A DNA stretch of 38,805 bases from a virus (Duplodnaviria; Caudoviricetes), in the IMG/VR virus record IMGVR_UViG_3300017766_004124, positions 1-38,805 of that record; one strand, written 5' to 3'. Shown piece after piece: positions 16,265 to 26,178 of this stretch. The position numbers were made by a program, and so were the translations under genes. Under the pieces are notes generated by a model. It saw only the letters and a list, made by a program, of their open reading frames with translations. It was not told the origin of the DNA and ran no database searches. Within the stretch, counting starts at the first letter, position 1. Each line of letters starts with the position of its first letter.

Positions 16265-18937
16265 ATGGCTTTACCTGGTAGTCCTATATATAGTACAACA
16301 TATGTAAAAATATCAAAAAAAGATATTAATGGAGATGATGTTACTTCTACTCTTGAAAATTTATTGTATTTTACTCTTAAATATACTGATATAGGTTCGG
16401 TTCAATTTATAATTGAAGATAAAACAGAATACACTGATTATTATTTATTTAAAATAAAATTAACGGCTTATAACCAATCAAATAATATAAATACTTTAGT
16501 TAGTAGCTCTAATAATAATATTTTAAACTACCAAATATCAGCATCTAACAACACATCTCAAACCGGTGGTATATTAACATATAGCGTTGTTAACACAGAT
16601 GTTTTAGGATATTTAACAGCATCTAACGGTTATTATACTTTACATAATACACCCAATATCCCCTTAATTATATCTGCATCTGCTACACTTTATTCAGATA
16701 ATGGGACTTTAGGAACAGAAATAAGATTATACAAAAAATCAACAGGGGGTTTACAAGGAGTTCCTGGATTTTCTTATACTCAAGTTAGTTTATCTCCTTC
16801 ATCTAGTGCTACTCTTTATTTAAGTGGAAGTTTAACTCCTATAAAAGGAGAAACATATGTTGTAGGTATTTCTGATGATTCTCCAAGTGATACTGATATA
16901 ACAGCATCTTTTGCTACTTTTAAAGTTACTCAATCCATTGCTCCTAATGTTGGAGTAAGCGGATCAGGAGATGACTTAATAATAGTAACCTCAGGAAATG
17001 AAGAAGAAAATCCATTATATGGAAATGCAGATTTGATAGTATTAAACCCACGATATATTACTTTAGACTATACAGCATATACTCTTCCTGAAGAAGAATT
17101 TCAACTAGTACTATCAGGATCAGGAACTAATTCTACAGTTAAACAATATAACTATGAAGCTAATAGAATAGTAATTCCTAGATATAAAGGAAGTCGATCT
17201 AATAGTCCTGATTTTAATCAAAATACAACTGAAGGTGGCTTAGGTGTATCACCAAATGTTGAACGAACAAATGTATATTTTGCTGCTATAAATAATATAC
17301 AGGAAACAGATCCTGAAATATTAGGTACAAGTGTAGCTAACTTAAAATTCTTAATAGATAATCAAGGAAATACATATGAATTAAATAATGACCCATCTAA
17401 TATTTCTTTTTTCAACTCAACTTTTACATTCGAAAAAAACAAATCAGTAACAATATCAGATTCAGAAGGTAATAACTTAACCAGCTCTATATTCAGATCA
17501 GGATATGATGTTATTCCTATACTCCATTCAGATATGGGAACCTACTACCAACCTACTCTATCTTTTTCAGACACAGGGGTTGGAAATTATTTACACAATG
17601 CTACTTTTCAAGGATATGGAGTGGGTCCTTCTCCTTATAATTGGGCACCACAGGTGTGGGGATCTTCTAATTATGGAGGTAATGTAAATATAAATGAAGC
17701 CAATAATCATAATAAAAATTTTTTCTTTAGATACCCGACATCAGCTTCTTCTTTTGATCCTTCTTTAGTAGAAATATCAAATGTAGTTGTTCCTATATCT
17801 AATAGAACACAAGAAAATTCCGGTTATCAAGGAAACGCTCTTTCTAGATTTTATACAGGAAGTATCTATCATATTACAACTAATAGACCAGATACTTCTT
17901 TAAAATTTTCGTATAATTTTTATTTACAAGGTTTATTTGGATTTATATTATATAATCAATTAAATAATTTTAATTCATTGCCTTGGAAAGTAACAGTTAG
18001 TATATGTAGAGATAACACAAGCAATCTTTCTTTTGATGGTACTAACTATACGTGGGATATAAATAATCCTTCTACACAAATATTAACTCAACACATATAT
18101 AAAGGTGATTTTAAAAGATCTCTTTATACTGATATATGGACTGGGGGTAATTATAATTCATTAACTAATACTACTACTTATACTTTTGATGGATATAACG
18201 GATTTAATACCTTTTTTACAAATATCTTTAATACATGGAATAACAATTATACAGATTTTTGGAGCAAAATAGAAACAAATTTTATTCCAGATCTTCAAAT
18301 AGATGATGTTATAGGAATAAATATAAAAGTAGAATATCCACCCACAGCTGGTATAGGAACTGCTTTTACTTTTCAAGTAACTCCAACTTTGGATGATTAC
18401 AACAATAATAGAAGATTTAAAACTTTTAATGTATTTTCAAATCCACTTCCATCAATGTTGATTGTTCCCGAACCTGCTCCTTTCTTTACTACAGCTTCTG
18501 GAAATCCATACACATTAATAGCATATCAACTATCTGCCTCCTCTAACCCAGCTCTTACTTCAGGATTAGCTCAGGCATTTGGTTATAAACAACAAAATAT
18601 ATCTGAATCTGGTTATAAACCACTTACAAAAATTTCTCAACCTTTAATTGGAGATGAAATTAGATTTAATTATGATGAAGCTACTTCATATGTTATAACA
18701 AGTATAGGAAGTGATAGTGGGGGGAATGTTACTTTATCTATAGATAAACCTATACCGGATGGATTAGATTTGAATTGGTTTTTAATAAGAAGGTATATTA
18801 AGAATCCTTCAAAATTAATAATTAATACACCAACAGTACAATCAACAGGGTTTGCATTTCCTGAATATATGAGTAAAAATATAATTGATAATCTTCCTAA
18901 AATTATAGAAACTTTAAAAACACAAAACTTAATCTAA
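16265..18937 (+). CDS. Large beta-rich virion structural protein (baseplate/fibre-associated)
   Basis: 890 aa, rich in S/T/N/G, inside the baseplate operon. Confidence 0.65.
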   Translation: MALPGSPIYSTTYVKISKKDINGDDVTSTLENLLYFTLKYTDIGSVQFIIEDKTEYTDYYLFKIKLTAYNQSNNINTLVSSSNNNILNYQISASNNTSQTGGILTYSVVNTDVLGYLTASNGYYTLHNTPNIPLIISASATLYSDNGTLGTEIRLYKKSTGGLQGVPGFSYTQVSLSPSSSATLYLSGSLTPIKGETYVVGISDDSPSDTDITASFATFKVTQSIAPNVGVSGSGDDLIIVTSGNEEENPLYGNADLIVLNPRYITLDYTAYTLPEEEFQLVLSGSGTNSTVKQYNYEANRIVIPRYKGSRSNSPDFNQNTTEGGLGVSPNVERTNVYFAAINNIQETDPEILGTSVANLKFLIDNQGNTYELNNDPSNISFFNSTFTFEKNKSVTISDSEGNNLTSSIFRSGYDVIPILHSDMGTYYQPTLSFSDTGVGNYLHNATFQGYGVGPSPYNWAPQVWGSSNYGGNVNINEANNHNKNFFFRYPTSASSFDPSLVEISNVVVPISNRTQENSGYQGNALSRFYTGSIYHITTNRPDTSLKFSYNFYLQGLFGFILYNQLNNFNSLPWKVTVSICRDNTSNLSFDGTNYTWDINNPSTQILTQHIYKGDFKRSLYTDIWTGGNYNSLTNTTTYTFDGYNGFNTFFTNIFNTWNNNYTDFWSKIETNFIPDLQIDDVIGINIKVEYPPTAGIGTAFTFQVTPTLDDYNNNRRFKTFNVFSNPLPSMLIVPEPAPFFTTASGNPYTLIAYQLSASSNPALTSGLAQAFGYKQQNISESGYKPLTKISQPLIGDEIRFNYDEATSYVITSIGSDSGGNVTLSIDKPIPDGLDLNWFLIRRYIKNPSKLIINTPTVQSTGFAFPEYMSKNIIDNLPKIIETLKTQNLI

Positions 18938-18966
18938 TAATATTTATAAACATAAAATAATAAAAA

Positions 18967-19623
18967 ATGGGATATTTAAATAATAGCATCGTAACAGTTG
19001 ATGCCATTTTAACAAAAAAAGGACGTGAACTTTTAGCTAAAGGTGATGGAACTTTTAAAATTACTCAATTTGCTTTAGCAGATGATGAAATAGATTATAC
19101 ATTATATAATCCTAATCATCCTTCTGGTTCTGCATATTATGGGCAGGCCGTAGAAAATATGCCTCTTTTAGAAGCTTTCCCTGATGAAACTCAAGATATG
19201 AAATACAAATTAGTAACATTACCTAGAGGTACTTCAAAAATGCCTATTTTAGATTTAGGGTATGCTTCTATTGTATTGAAACAAGGAGCTTCATTAGCTA
19301 TTACTCCTCAAACTTTAAATTATTTAGGTAACAATCAAACATTTGAAACTTCAGGATACACAGCAACCATATCTGATGTTAGATTATTCAATACATTTAA
19401 TGGAACTGGAATACAAACCCAAGATGCTGCTGCTTTAAATTCAACAACTACTGTGGGTACTAATGTATCTAAAACAGTTGTAGGAACTACAATAAATTTA
19501 ACAGCAACTACTATAAATACATTATTTGGAACAGCTACTGAATTGTATGCTTCTTTGGTTGTTGTAGGTAGAGACAGTGGTGCTCGTTTAACAATCCCTG
19601 TAACCGTTAAGAAAAGTCAATAA
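18967..19623 (+). CDS. Tail-collar/fibre-attachment-like protein (DUF3751-like N-terminal motif)
   Basis: AILTKKGRELLAKG...ITQFALADD resembles the N-terminus of P2 gpH-type fibres. Confidence 0.55.
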   Translation: MGYLNNSIVTVDAILTKKGRELLAKGDGTFKITQFALADDEIDYTLYNPNHPSGSAYYGQAVENMPLLEAFPDETQDMKYKLVTLPRGTSKMPILDLGYASIVLKQGASLAITPQTLNYLGNNQTFETSGYTATISDVRLFNTFNGTGIQTQDAAALNSTTTVGTNVSKTVVGTTINLTATTINTLFGTATELYASLVVVGRDSGARLTIPVTVKKSQ

Positions 19624-19644
19624 TTAAAATAATAAATAATAAAT

Positions 19645-20676
19645 ATGTCATTTAACAGATTAGATCCCCAAGATTTCCTAATTTCAGCAGAATCTATAAC
19701 TTCAGCTTTATGGAGTGGGTATGTTCCTACATTAACCTCTTTTTATACATCTTCTACTCAAGTAGCAAGCAATGCTGGAAACTATTATATAAGTGTTTAC
19801 CAAACTGCTTCTGCTTTAACAGAAGCTGAAATACAATTTGATATTGCTTACGGAGATCTAAAAGGAAGTGGTAGTATATTATATGACTCAGGAGTTAATG
19901 GTTTATCTCCTTCTAGAACTATTTATGGTCAATACCGTTCATTAGTATTAGGAAATGAAGAATCATCTTTTACTTTTGGAAATTATACCTCGGAAAATTT
20001 TTATATTATTTCTATAAACAGAAATAGATATAAAGAATCACTATTCCCGGGATCTTTGACTTTACTATTAGGATCAGGAAGTAATACTATTTCATTAACA
20101 GATGATTCTAGAATTACTACTTCTAATGTATTTACAGACGCTGGAAGATTATATAATTTAGTTAGTGGTTCAGCAGGATCTGTCTACACAGATATTAATT
20201 CATCAGGATGGGCAGGTGGTGCTTCGGGAATTTCAGGTTCATATGGTTGGTTTCTACCAGATATTTCTACACTAATCCTCAATCCAGCCGCTTTAGGTGG
20301 AGTAGCAGCAGCAGGTGGAATTGTTTTTAATACAAATAGATCTTCTAATTTAGACGGAACCAATCCTGCAAGACTTTATTCAGCTATTGTAAGTGGAAGT
20401 ACGTTTACACTAAACTCACAAGAAACTATTACTTCTGATTTTGTATTTGTACGGGCAAGAAATTCAGAATTTAATTACTCTGAAAATCCTAGTTTCATTT
20501 CAGGAAGTAATGGAGTTGTATTATATAATGATTTTATAAACAATCCACAAACCTTTGTTACAACCATTGGTTTATATAACGATAATAATGAATTATTAGC
20601 TCTTGCTAAATTATCAAGACCTTTGAAAAAAGATTTTACTAAAGAAATGTTAGTTAGAGTTAAATTAGATTTTTAA
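19645..20676 (+). CDS. Baseplate/tail structural protein, paralog A
   Basis: C-terminal EFNYSENPS...VTTIGLYNDNNELLALAKLSRP...VKLDF. Confidence 0.65.
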   Translation: MSFNRLDPQDFLISAESITSALWSGYVPTLTSFYTSSTQVASNAGNYYISVYQTASALTEAEIQFDIAYGDLKGSGSILYDSGVNGLSPSRTIYGQYRSLVLGNEESSFTFGNYTSENFYIISINRNRYKESLFPGSLTLLLGSGSNTISLTDDSRITTSNVFTDAGRLYNLVSGSAGSVYTDINSSGWAGGASGISGSYGWFLPDISTLILNPAALGGVAAAGGIVFNTNRSSNLDGTNPARLYSAIVSGSTFTLNSQETITSDFVFVRARNSEFNYSENPSFISGSNGVVLYNDFINNPQTFVTTIGLYNDNNELLALAKLSRPLKKDFTKEMLVRVKLDF

Positions 20677-20679
20677 TGA

Positions 20680-21639
20680 ATGAGTGCATTCAAATCATTT
20701 TTAGCTCAAGATATAATTGTTACTCCATTTATTGTAAATAAAAATTTTCAATTTACAGGAGCAGATGAATTAATTGAGGAAAATGTTGGGATAGATAGAT
20801 TACTAGGACTTAATACAAGTAGTTTATTTAACCCAACAACAGATCCTACTACAGGATATGTTAATACAGGTTCATATAAAAGATTAGTTTACAATTCAAT
20901 TAAAGAATTATATTATTCTAATTTTATATCTTCTAGCAAAGGTGATGAAGCTAGTAAATCTTTAGTTATTAATGGGCTAACAATTACAGCTAATAATAAC
21001 CAACCACGTTTTGAAAATTATTTACAATCTACTTTAGTTCCACATAGGTATTTCCCAACAGGATCAGGAGATCAAATAGGAGTAATATCTATTCCTTCAA
21101 AACTATTTGGTGAACAGATAAAGCCTAAATCTTTTACTCTTAATTCCCCCGGTGGAAGTTTATTAGATGATGGAGAAGGAAATATATATTTTGATGGGGG
21201 TTCACCGTATGTTCTTTCTGGATATGTAGATGAAGGATATTTTATCAATTTATCTCAAAGCAAAATAGGAAATATTATATATTCTCATGGTATAGTAACA
21301 TTAACTAACCTTGAATTATCAGGAAGTTCCCTTATAGATTTTATTACAGGATCAAATGTTACTATGTCTTTTCAAAGCACATATACAATATATGAAACCC
21401 AATATAAATGTAATATTAGAGAAAGTGAATTTACATTTAGCCAAAACCCCAGTTTACTTTCAGGTAGCTCAAATGAGGTAATATATGATTATGCTACCGG
21501 TTCTTATTTTTCACCATATATAACAACTATAGGTTTATATAATGAAAATCAAGATTTATTAGCAGTAGCTAAATTATCTCAACCTTTACCTTCATCTAAT
21601 ACAACAGATTTAAATATATTAATTAATTTAGATAGATAA
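20680..21639 (+). CDS. Baseplate/tail structural protein, paralog B
   Basis: C-terminal EFTFSQNPS...ITTIGLYNENQDLLAVAKLSQP...INLDR, clearly paralogous to 19645-20676. Confidence 0.65.
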   Translation: MSAFKSFLAQDIIVTPFIVNKNFQFTGADELIEENVGIDRLLGLNTSSLFNPTTDPTTGYVNTGSYKRLVYNSIKELYYSNFISSSKGDEASKSLVINGLTITANNNQPRFENYLQSTLVPHRYFPTGSGDQIGVISIPSKLFGEQIKPKSFTLNSPGGSLLDDGEGNIYFDGGSPYVLSGYVDEGYFINLSQSKIGNIIYSHGIVTLTNLELSGSSLIDFITGSNVTMSFQSTYTIYETQYKCNIRESEFTFSQNPSLLSGSSNEVIYDYATGSYFSPYITTIGLYNENQDLLAVAKLSQPLPSSNTTDLNILINLDR

Positions 21640-22079
21640 TGTGGTTATATCAAAATAAAGTTATAGATAAAATAGAAGACTTTCCTGAAAATACATTTGG
21701 GTTCATATATAAAACAACTCATATTCCTTCAAATAGATCATATCTTGGAAAAAAATCTCTTTATCACAATATAAAAAAGAAACTTACTAAAAAAGAACTA
21801 AATGAACAAACGGGTCCTGGTCGTAAATCTTTAACTAAACAAATTCAAAAAGAATCGGATTGGAAAATATATTACGGTTCTGCTAAACCAATTTTAGAAC
21901 TCATTAAGGAAGGTAAACAAAAGGAATTTACTCGTGAGATTCTTCAATTGGTTTCTAATAAAAAACTTCTTACATATTATGAATGTAAATATCTATTTAG
22001 TTATGGTGTGTTAGAATCTCCTGAACAATGGTTCAATGATTCAATTTTAGGAAAATTTTATACAATTGATTTTAAATAA
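21639..22079 (+). CDS. Seg-like GIY-YIG endonuclease domain protein
   Basis: FGFIYKTT...YLGKK...SDWKIYYGS...FTREIL. Confidence 0.75.
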   Translation: MWLYQNKVIDKIEDFPENTFGFIYKTTHIPSNRSYLGKKSLYHNIKKKLTKKELNEQTGPGRKSLTKQIQKESDWKIYYGSAKPILELIKEGKQKEFTREILQLVSNKKLLTYYECKYLFSYGVLESPEQWFNDSILGKFYTIDFK

Positions 22080-22116
22080 TTAATATTTTTGGTAAATTTT
22101 TTAATATTTATCACCG

Positions 22117-22797
22117 ATGATAGGTATTTATAAAATCACAAACCCAAAAGGAAAAATATATATTGGTCAATCTACTAATATAGAAGAACGCTGGGAAAAA
22201 GGCCACAAATACAATTCAGGATGTGGGGCTAAGTTAAAGAATTCTTTTAAAAAATATGGTTGGGAAAATCATAAAAAAGAAATTATTGAAGAATGTTTAA
22301 TAGAAGAGCTTTCGAATCGAGAAACATATTGGATAGAATATTATAATAGTTATAAAAAAGGGCTTAATTCTACTCCTAGGGGAGGAGTTCAGGGCTATAA
22401 AGATGAACAATGGAGAAAGGCTCATGCTGAAGGATTAAAGGGTAGAAAAGGTTATTGGGAAAATAAAAAACGTCCTAAACATAGTGAATTTTTAAAAACA
22501 AAGGGAAGTGGTTTATCTTATAAAAGAACCCAAGAACATAAAGATAATATTTCTACAATAATTAAAAAAGTATGGAATGATAAAAAAGAAGAAATAAGTA
22601 AAAAAATTACTCAAGGTAAAATTGGTAAAAGACTTAAACCTATTATTTGTGATACTTTATTTGGTATGGAATTCAAATCACTATCAGAAGCTAGTGAAAT
22701 TTTAAATTTAAATGTTGGAAATATATGTGAAGTTTTAAAAGGTAATAAAACTCATGTTAAGGGTTTTATTTTTCGGTATAAAAATCCCATACATTAA
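22117..22797 (+). CDS. Free-standing GIY-YIG homing endonuclease with C-terminal NUMOD1/IENR1-like DNA-binding domain
   Basis: GIYKITNPKGKIYIGQSTNIEERW...RETYWI...GLN; C-terminal FKSLSEASEIL...ICEVLKG...GFIFRY. Confidence 0.9.
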   Translation: MIGIYKITNPKGKIYIGQSTNIEERWEKGHKYNSGCGAKLKNSFKKYGWENHKKEIIEECLIEELSNRETYWIEYYNSYKKGLNSTPRGGVQGYKDEQWRKAHAEGLKGRKGYWENKKRPKHSEFLKTKGSGLSYKRTQEHKDNISTIIKKVWNDKKEEISKKITQGKIGKRLKPIICDTLFGMEFKSLSEASEILNLNVGNICEVLKGNKTHVKGFIFRYKNPIH

Positions 22798-22843
22798 TTT
22801 CAATAAATTTGATTAATTAAATTTTCTTTTTTATGTTGATAAT

Positions 22844-23770
22844 ATGATAAATCAATTATTATTATCATTAACTAATTCTGTTCTAGGTACTGGGAAATCA
22901 ACAGCACGTAATAACTTTGCATATCATTGTCCCTTTTGCAATCACCACAAACCTAAACTTGAAATAAACTTCACTGAAAATAAAGAAGGTTTAAACCCAT
23001 GGGCCTGTTGGGTATGTAATAATAAAGGGAAAAAATTAATTACTTTATTTAAAAAAGTAAATGCTTCTTCTGATAAAATTCTTGAATTGAAATCATATGT
23101 TAAAATAGGTGAAGATTCTTCTTATTTAACCCCTCAAGAAATTTTAGAACTCCCTAAAGAATACAAACCATTAACTTCAGGAAATGGAATTATATTTAAA
23201 CATGCTTTATCTTATCTTAAATCTCGTAAAATAACAGAAAACGACATTATTAAATACAATATAGGTTATTGTGAATACGGTCCTTATAAAAATATGATCA
23301 TAATTCCTTCTTATGACCATATAGGGAATATAAATTATTTCACAGCTAGATCGTTTGAAAAAGAACCTTTTATAAAATATAAAAATCCCTCTGTATCAAG
23401 AAATATTATACCTTTTGAATTATTAATTAATTGGAATATTCCTATTATACTATGTGAGGGGATGTTTGATGCTATAGCTATTAAACGAAATGCTATTCCA
23501 TTATTAGGAAAAAATATACAAACAGAATTAATGAAAAAATTAATTAATTCATCTGTTAAAAAAATATATATAGCTTTAGATAAAGATGCTATTAAAGCTT
23601 CCTTAAAACACTGCGAAACACTAATGGATGAGGGGAAAGAAATATACTTAGTAGATTTAGAAGACAAAGATCCATCAGAAATGGGAACTAAAAGATTTAT
23701 TAATTTAATACAAAACACAATTCCATTAACTTATGAAAAATTAATGGATAAAAAATTACAACTAATATGA
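22844..23770 (+). CDS. dnaG: DnaG-type DNA primase
   Basis: Zinc finger CPFCNHH...CWVC; IIIP...YFTAR; KYKNP; TOPRIM LCEGMFDA and ALDKDA; KDP. Confidence 0.92.
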   Translation: MINQLLLSLTNSVLGTGKSTARNNFAYHCPFCNHHKPKLEINFTENKEGLNPWACWVCNNKGKKLITLFKKVNASSDKILELKSYVKIGEDSSYLTPQEILELPKEYKPLTSGNGIIFKHALSYLKSRKITENDIIKYNIGYCEYGPYKNMIIIPSYDHIGNINYFTARSFEKEPFIKYKNPSVSRNIIPFELLINWNIPIILCEGMFDAIAIKRNAIPLLGKNIQTELMKKLINSSVKKIYIALDKDAIKASLKHCETLMDEGKEIYLVDLEDKDPSEMGTKRFINLIQNTIPLTYEKLMDKKLQLI

Positions 23771-24543
23771 GTACAATTTATAAAAAAGTAGTAAACAGAA
23801 TATCACAAATAGATACTGAATCTAAACAAATTAATTTTCTTGATGAACGATTTTATCAAAGAAAAGACAAATATTATCCTTCTATCACTTCAGTTTTACA
23901 GTATTATCCTAAAGGAAAACAATTTGAAAGTTGGTTAAAAGATGTGGGCTGGACAGCAGACCACATTGCTCAGAAATCAGCAGCAGATGGAACAATGACA
24001 CATGGATTAATTGAAGACTATCTTGAAGGAAAAAAACTAGAATGGTTAAATCAAGATGGATCTGCTAAATATCCTTTAGAAGTTTGGCGTATGGTTCTTA
24101 GATTTGTTGAATTTTGGGAAACTTATAAACCAACATTAATTCATTCTGAAATTCATTTATTTTCTGATGAACACGAGATAGCAGGAACTTGTGATTTAGT
24201 AATAGAACTTAATAAAGAACTATGGATAATAGATATAAAAACATCTAATCATTTATTAAACATATATGATTTACAAACAGCTGCTTATACTATTTGTTGG
24301 AATGAATCATTTGAAGAAAAAGTTACTAAAACTGGTATATTGTGGTTAAAATCTAGCAAAAGAGGACCCGATAAATCTAATAAAAAAATTCAAGGTAAAG
24401 GTTGGGAAATATATGAATCTCCTAGAACTATAGAAGAAAATTGGAAATTTTTTAATCATGTACACGCTTTATATAAATTAGAAAACCCCGATGCTAAACC
24501 CACATTTGACAGTTTTCCATTAACTATACAACTTAATAATTGA
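23767..24543 (+). CDS. PD-(D/E)XK nuclease (phage exonuclease)
   Basis: YPSITSVL, GTMTHGLIE, E...AGTCDLV...IIDIKTS...QTAAY. Confidence 0.88.
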   Translation: MSTIYKKVVNRISQIDTESKQINFLDERFYQRKDKYYPSITSVLQYYPKGKQFESWLKDVGWTADHIAQKSAADGTMTHGLIEDYLEGKKLEWLNQDGSAKYPLEVWRMVLRFVEFWETYKPTLIHSEIHLFSDEHEIAGTCDLVIELNKELWIIDIKTSNHLLNIYDLQTAAYTICWNESFEEKVTKTGILWLKSSKRGPDKSNKKIQGKGWEIYESPRTIEENWKFFNHVHALYKLENPDAKPTFDSFPLTIQLNN

Positions 24544-24583
24544 TTTATTTTAAATTTTACCATATTTATAACATATAAATAAC

Positions 24584-26170
24584 ATGGCTAAAACTCTGCA
24601 ACAAATATTTACTACAGGATCTGATGAAATTAATCAAAATTTTATTATTGAATCGTGGCATGTTTCCCAATCAATAGATGCCTTTACTGGAGAAGAAGCT
24701 TATGATATTAAAATAAGTGGTAGTCTTATTTTAACTGGTTCTTTACTTTTAAATGAAACTATTGAATCTAATGGAAATAATAATGTATTAACTTATAATA
24801 CTGTAACAGGATTAGTAACCTATACTTCTTCTACAGCTGTAGGAACAACTATACCTACAGGATCATTCTTAACTACAGCTTCTGTTTCTCAAAATACAAT
24901 AACTTTTACAAAAGGAGATGGAAACACATTTCCTATTACTGTAAACACAGGAAGTGGAGGTGGAATACCTGGAGGATCTGATACTCAGATACAATATAAC
25001 AATGGTGGCACTTTTGGCGCAAGCTCAAATTTTAAATATATATATTCTTCACACAGTTTACAACAAGGTAGTAATACTGTAGCAATAGGACAATACTCTC
25101 ATGCAGAAGGTAGATTAACAACAACAGTAGGAGCTTATTCACATACAGAAGGTAGAGATACCACAGCAGTAGGATTATATTCTCATGCTGAAGGTAGAGA
25201 CACAACAGCCTCAGGATATTATTCACATGCTGAAGGATACCAGACCGCAGCAAACGGGTTTTATTCACATGCTGAAGGTACTAACACAACATCCTTGGGA
25301 ACATACTCACACGCTGAAGGTTATCTAACAACTGCAAAAGGTCAAGGATCACATGCTGAAGGTGAAGGAACAATAACAGGGGGGCAATACTCACATGCTC
25401 AGGGTCGATATAATATAGAAAACACAATAGCTAATAGTTTTATTATTGGAAATGGTGCAAACAATGCAAGCCGTAAAAATTTAGTACTTGCTTACGATAC
25501 TAATTTCCAAATTTCAGGTTCATTATTTGTAAGTGGAGCTTTGCAATCAAGTGGTAGCAATGTGGTATTAATGTATAATACTTCAAGTGGATTAATAACC
25601 TATACAGCATCGTCTGCTATAGGTGGTGGGGGTGGAACACAATTTACATATGAAATAGGAGAGTATGTGGCTGCTCAAGGTGGAGTAATATTCCACAGAT
25701 GGTTGGATGGTACAACAGAATATTACAAAGTTGTTGCTGCTGAAGAACCTGGTGGAGAAGAAAATTGGAGTAACCTAACTTCCACACTAACCAATGCTGA
25801 TAGTATATGGGATGGTGAAACTAATACCACTACTATTATAACTAATACATCTCCATCAAGTGGAGCCGTTTACACAGCTAATAATTTTACTAATACTGTA
25901 GGAACAGCCCATTCAGATTGGTATTTACCTTCTATCCAAGAATTAAATAAAATTAACACCAACATGTTAGAAATTAGTGAAACATTTGATACTCTCTCAG
26001 CTATTCAAATGCAGAAATTTGATATAACGAGTGTTGCTGATATATATTGGAGTAGTACTGAAAATAATTCTACTAATACTTGGGGATATGATTTTACAAA
26101 TGGCACTTATGGGACATATAGCAAATCTACCAATCAATATGTTAGACCAGTAAGACAATTCTCAATTTAA
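24584..26170 (+). CDS. Tail fibre/receptor-binding protein with YadA-head-like repeats and DUF1566 (C-lectin-fold) C-terminal domain
   Basis: GGSDTQIQYNNGG linker; 8 SHAEG-type repeats; DWYLPSIQEL...YWSSTE...W..DF..G...K...VRPVRQF. Confidence 0.8.
   Translation: MAKTLQQIFTTGSDEINQNFIIESWHVSQSIDAFTGEEAYDIKISGSLILTGSLLLNETIESNGNNNVLTYNTVTGLVTYTSSTAVGTTIPTGSFLTTASVSQNTITFTKGDGNTFPITVNTGSGGGIPGGSDTQIQYNNGGTFGASSNFKYIYSSHSLQQGSNTVAIGQYSHAEGRLTTTVGAYSHTEGRDTTAVGLYSHAEGRDTTASGYYSHAEGYQTAANGFYSHAEGTNTTSLGTYSHAEGYLTTAKGQGSHAEGEGTITGGQYSHAQGRYNIENTIANSFIIGNGANNASRKNLVLAYDTNFQISGSLFVSGALQSSGSNVVLMYNTSSGLITYTASSAIGGGGGTQFTYEIGEYVAAQGGVIFHRWLDGTTEYYKVVAAEEPGGEENWSNLTSTLTNADSIWDGETNTTTIITNTSPSSGAVYTANNFTNTVGTAHSDWYLPSIQELNKINTNMLEISETFDTLSAIQMQKFDITSVADIYWSSTENNSTNTWGYDFTNGTYGTYSKSTNQYVRPVRQFSI
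25085..25420 (+). repeat. Eight tandem 42-bp (14-aa) coding repeats, xGxYSHAEGxxTxx
   Basis: IGQYSHAEGRLTTT through GGQYSHAQGRYNIE. Confidence 0.92.
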
Positions 26171-26178
26171 TATTCATT

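Noticed and set aside
16240-16300. Frameshift or readthrough joining the 1184-aa and 890-aa proteins
   Set aside because: TAA followed 1 nt later by ATG is ordinary translational coupling; no slippery site seen; homologue alignment would be needed
6176-21639. Bacterial extracellular contractile injection system or T6SS
   Set aside because: Flanked by phage primase, exonucleases, homing endonucleases and a phage-type sigma; no cellular housekeeping genes
22080-22843. Group I intron carrying the GIY-YIG endonuclease
   Set aside because: Flanking gaps are under 50 nt and both neighbouring genes look complete
23767-24543. Cas4 / CRISPR-associated locus
   Set aside because: PD-(D/E)XK core without the four-Cys Fe-S cluster pattern; no array or other cas genes
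25085-25420. CRISPR-like array
   Set aside because: Fixed 42-bp in-frame coding repeats with synonymous variation; no repeat-spacer structure
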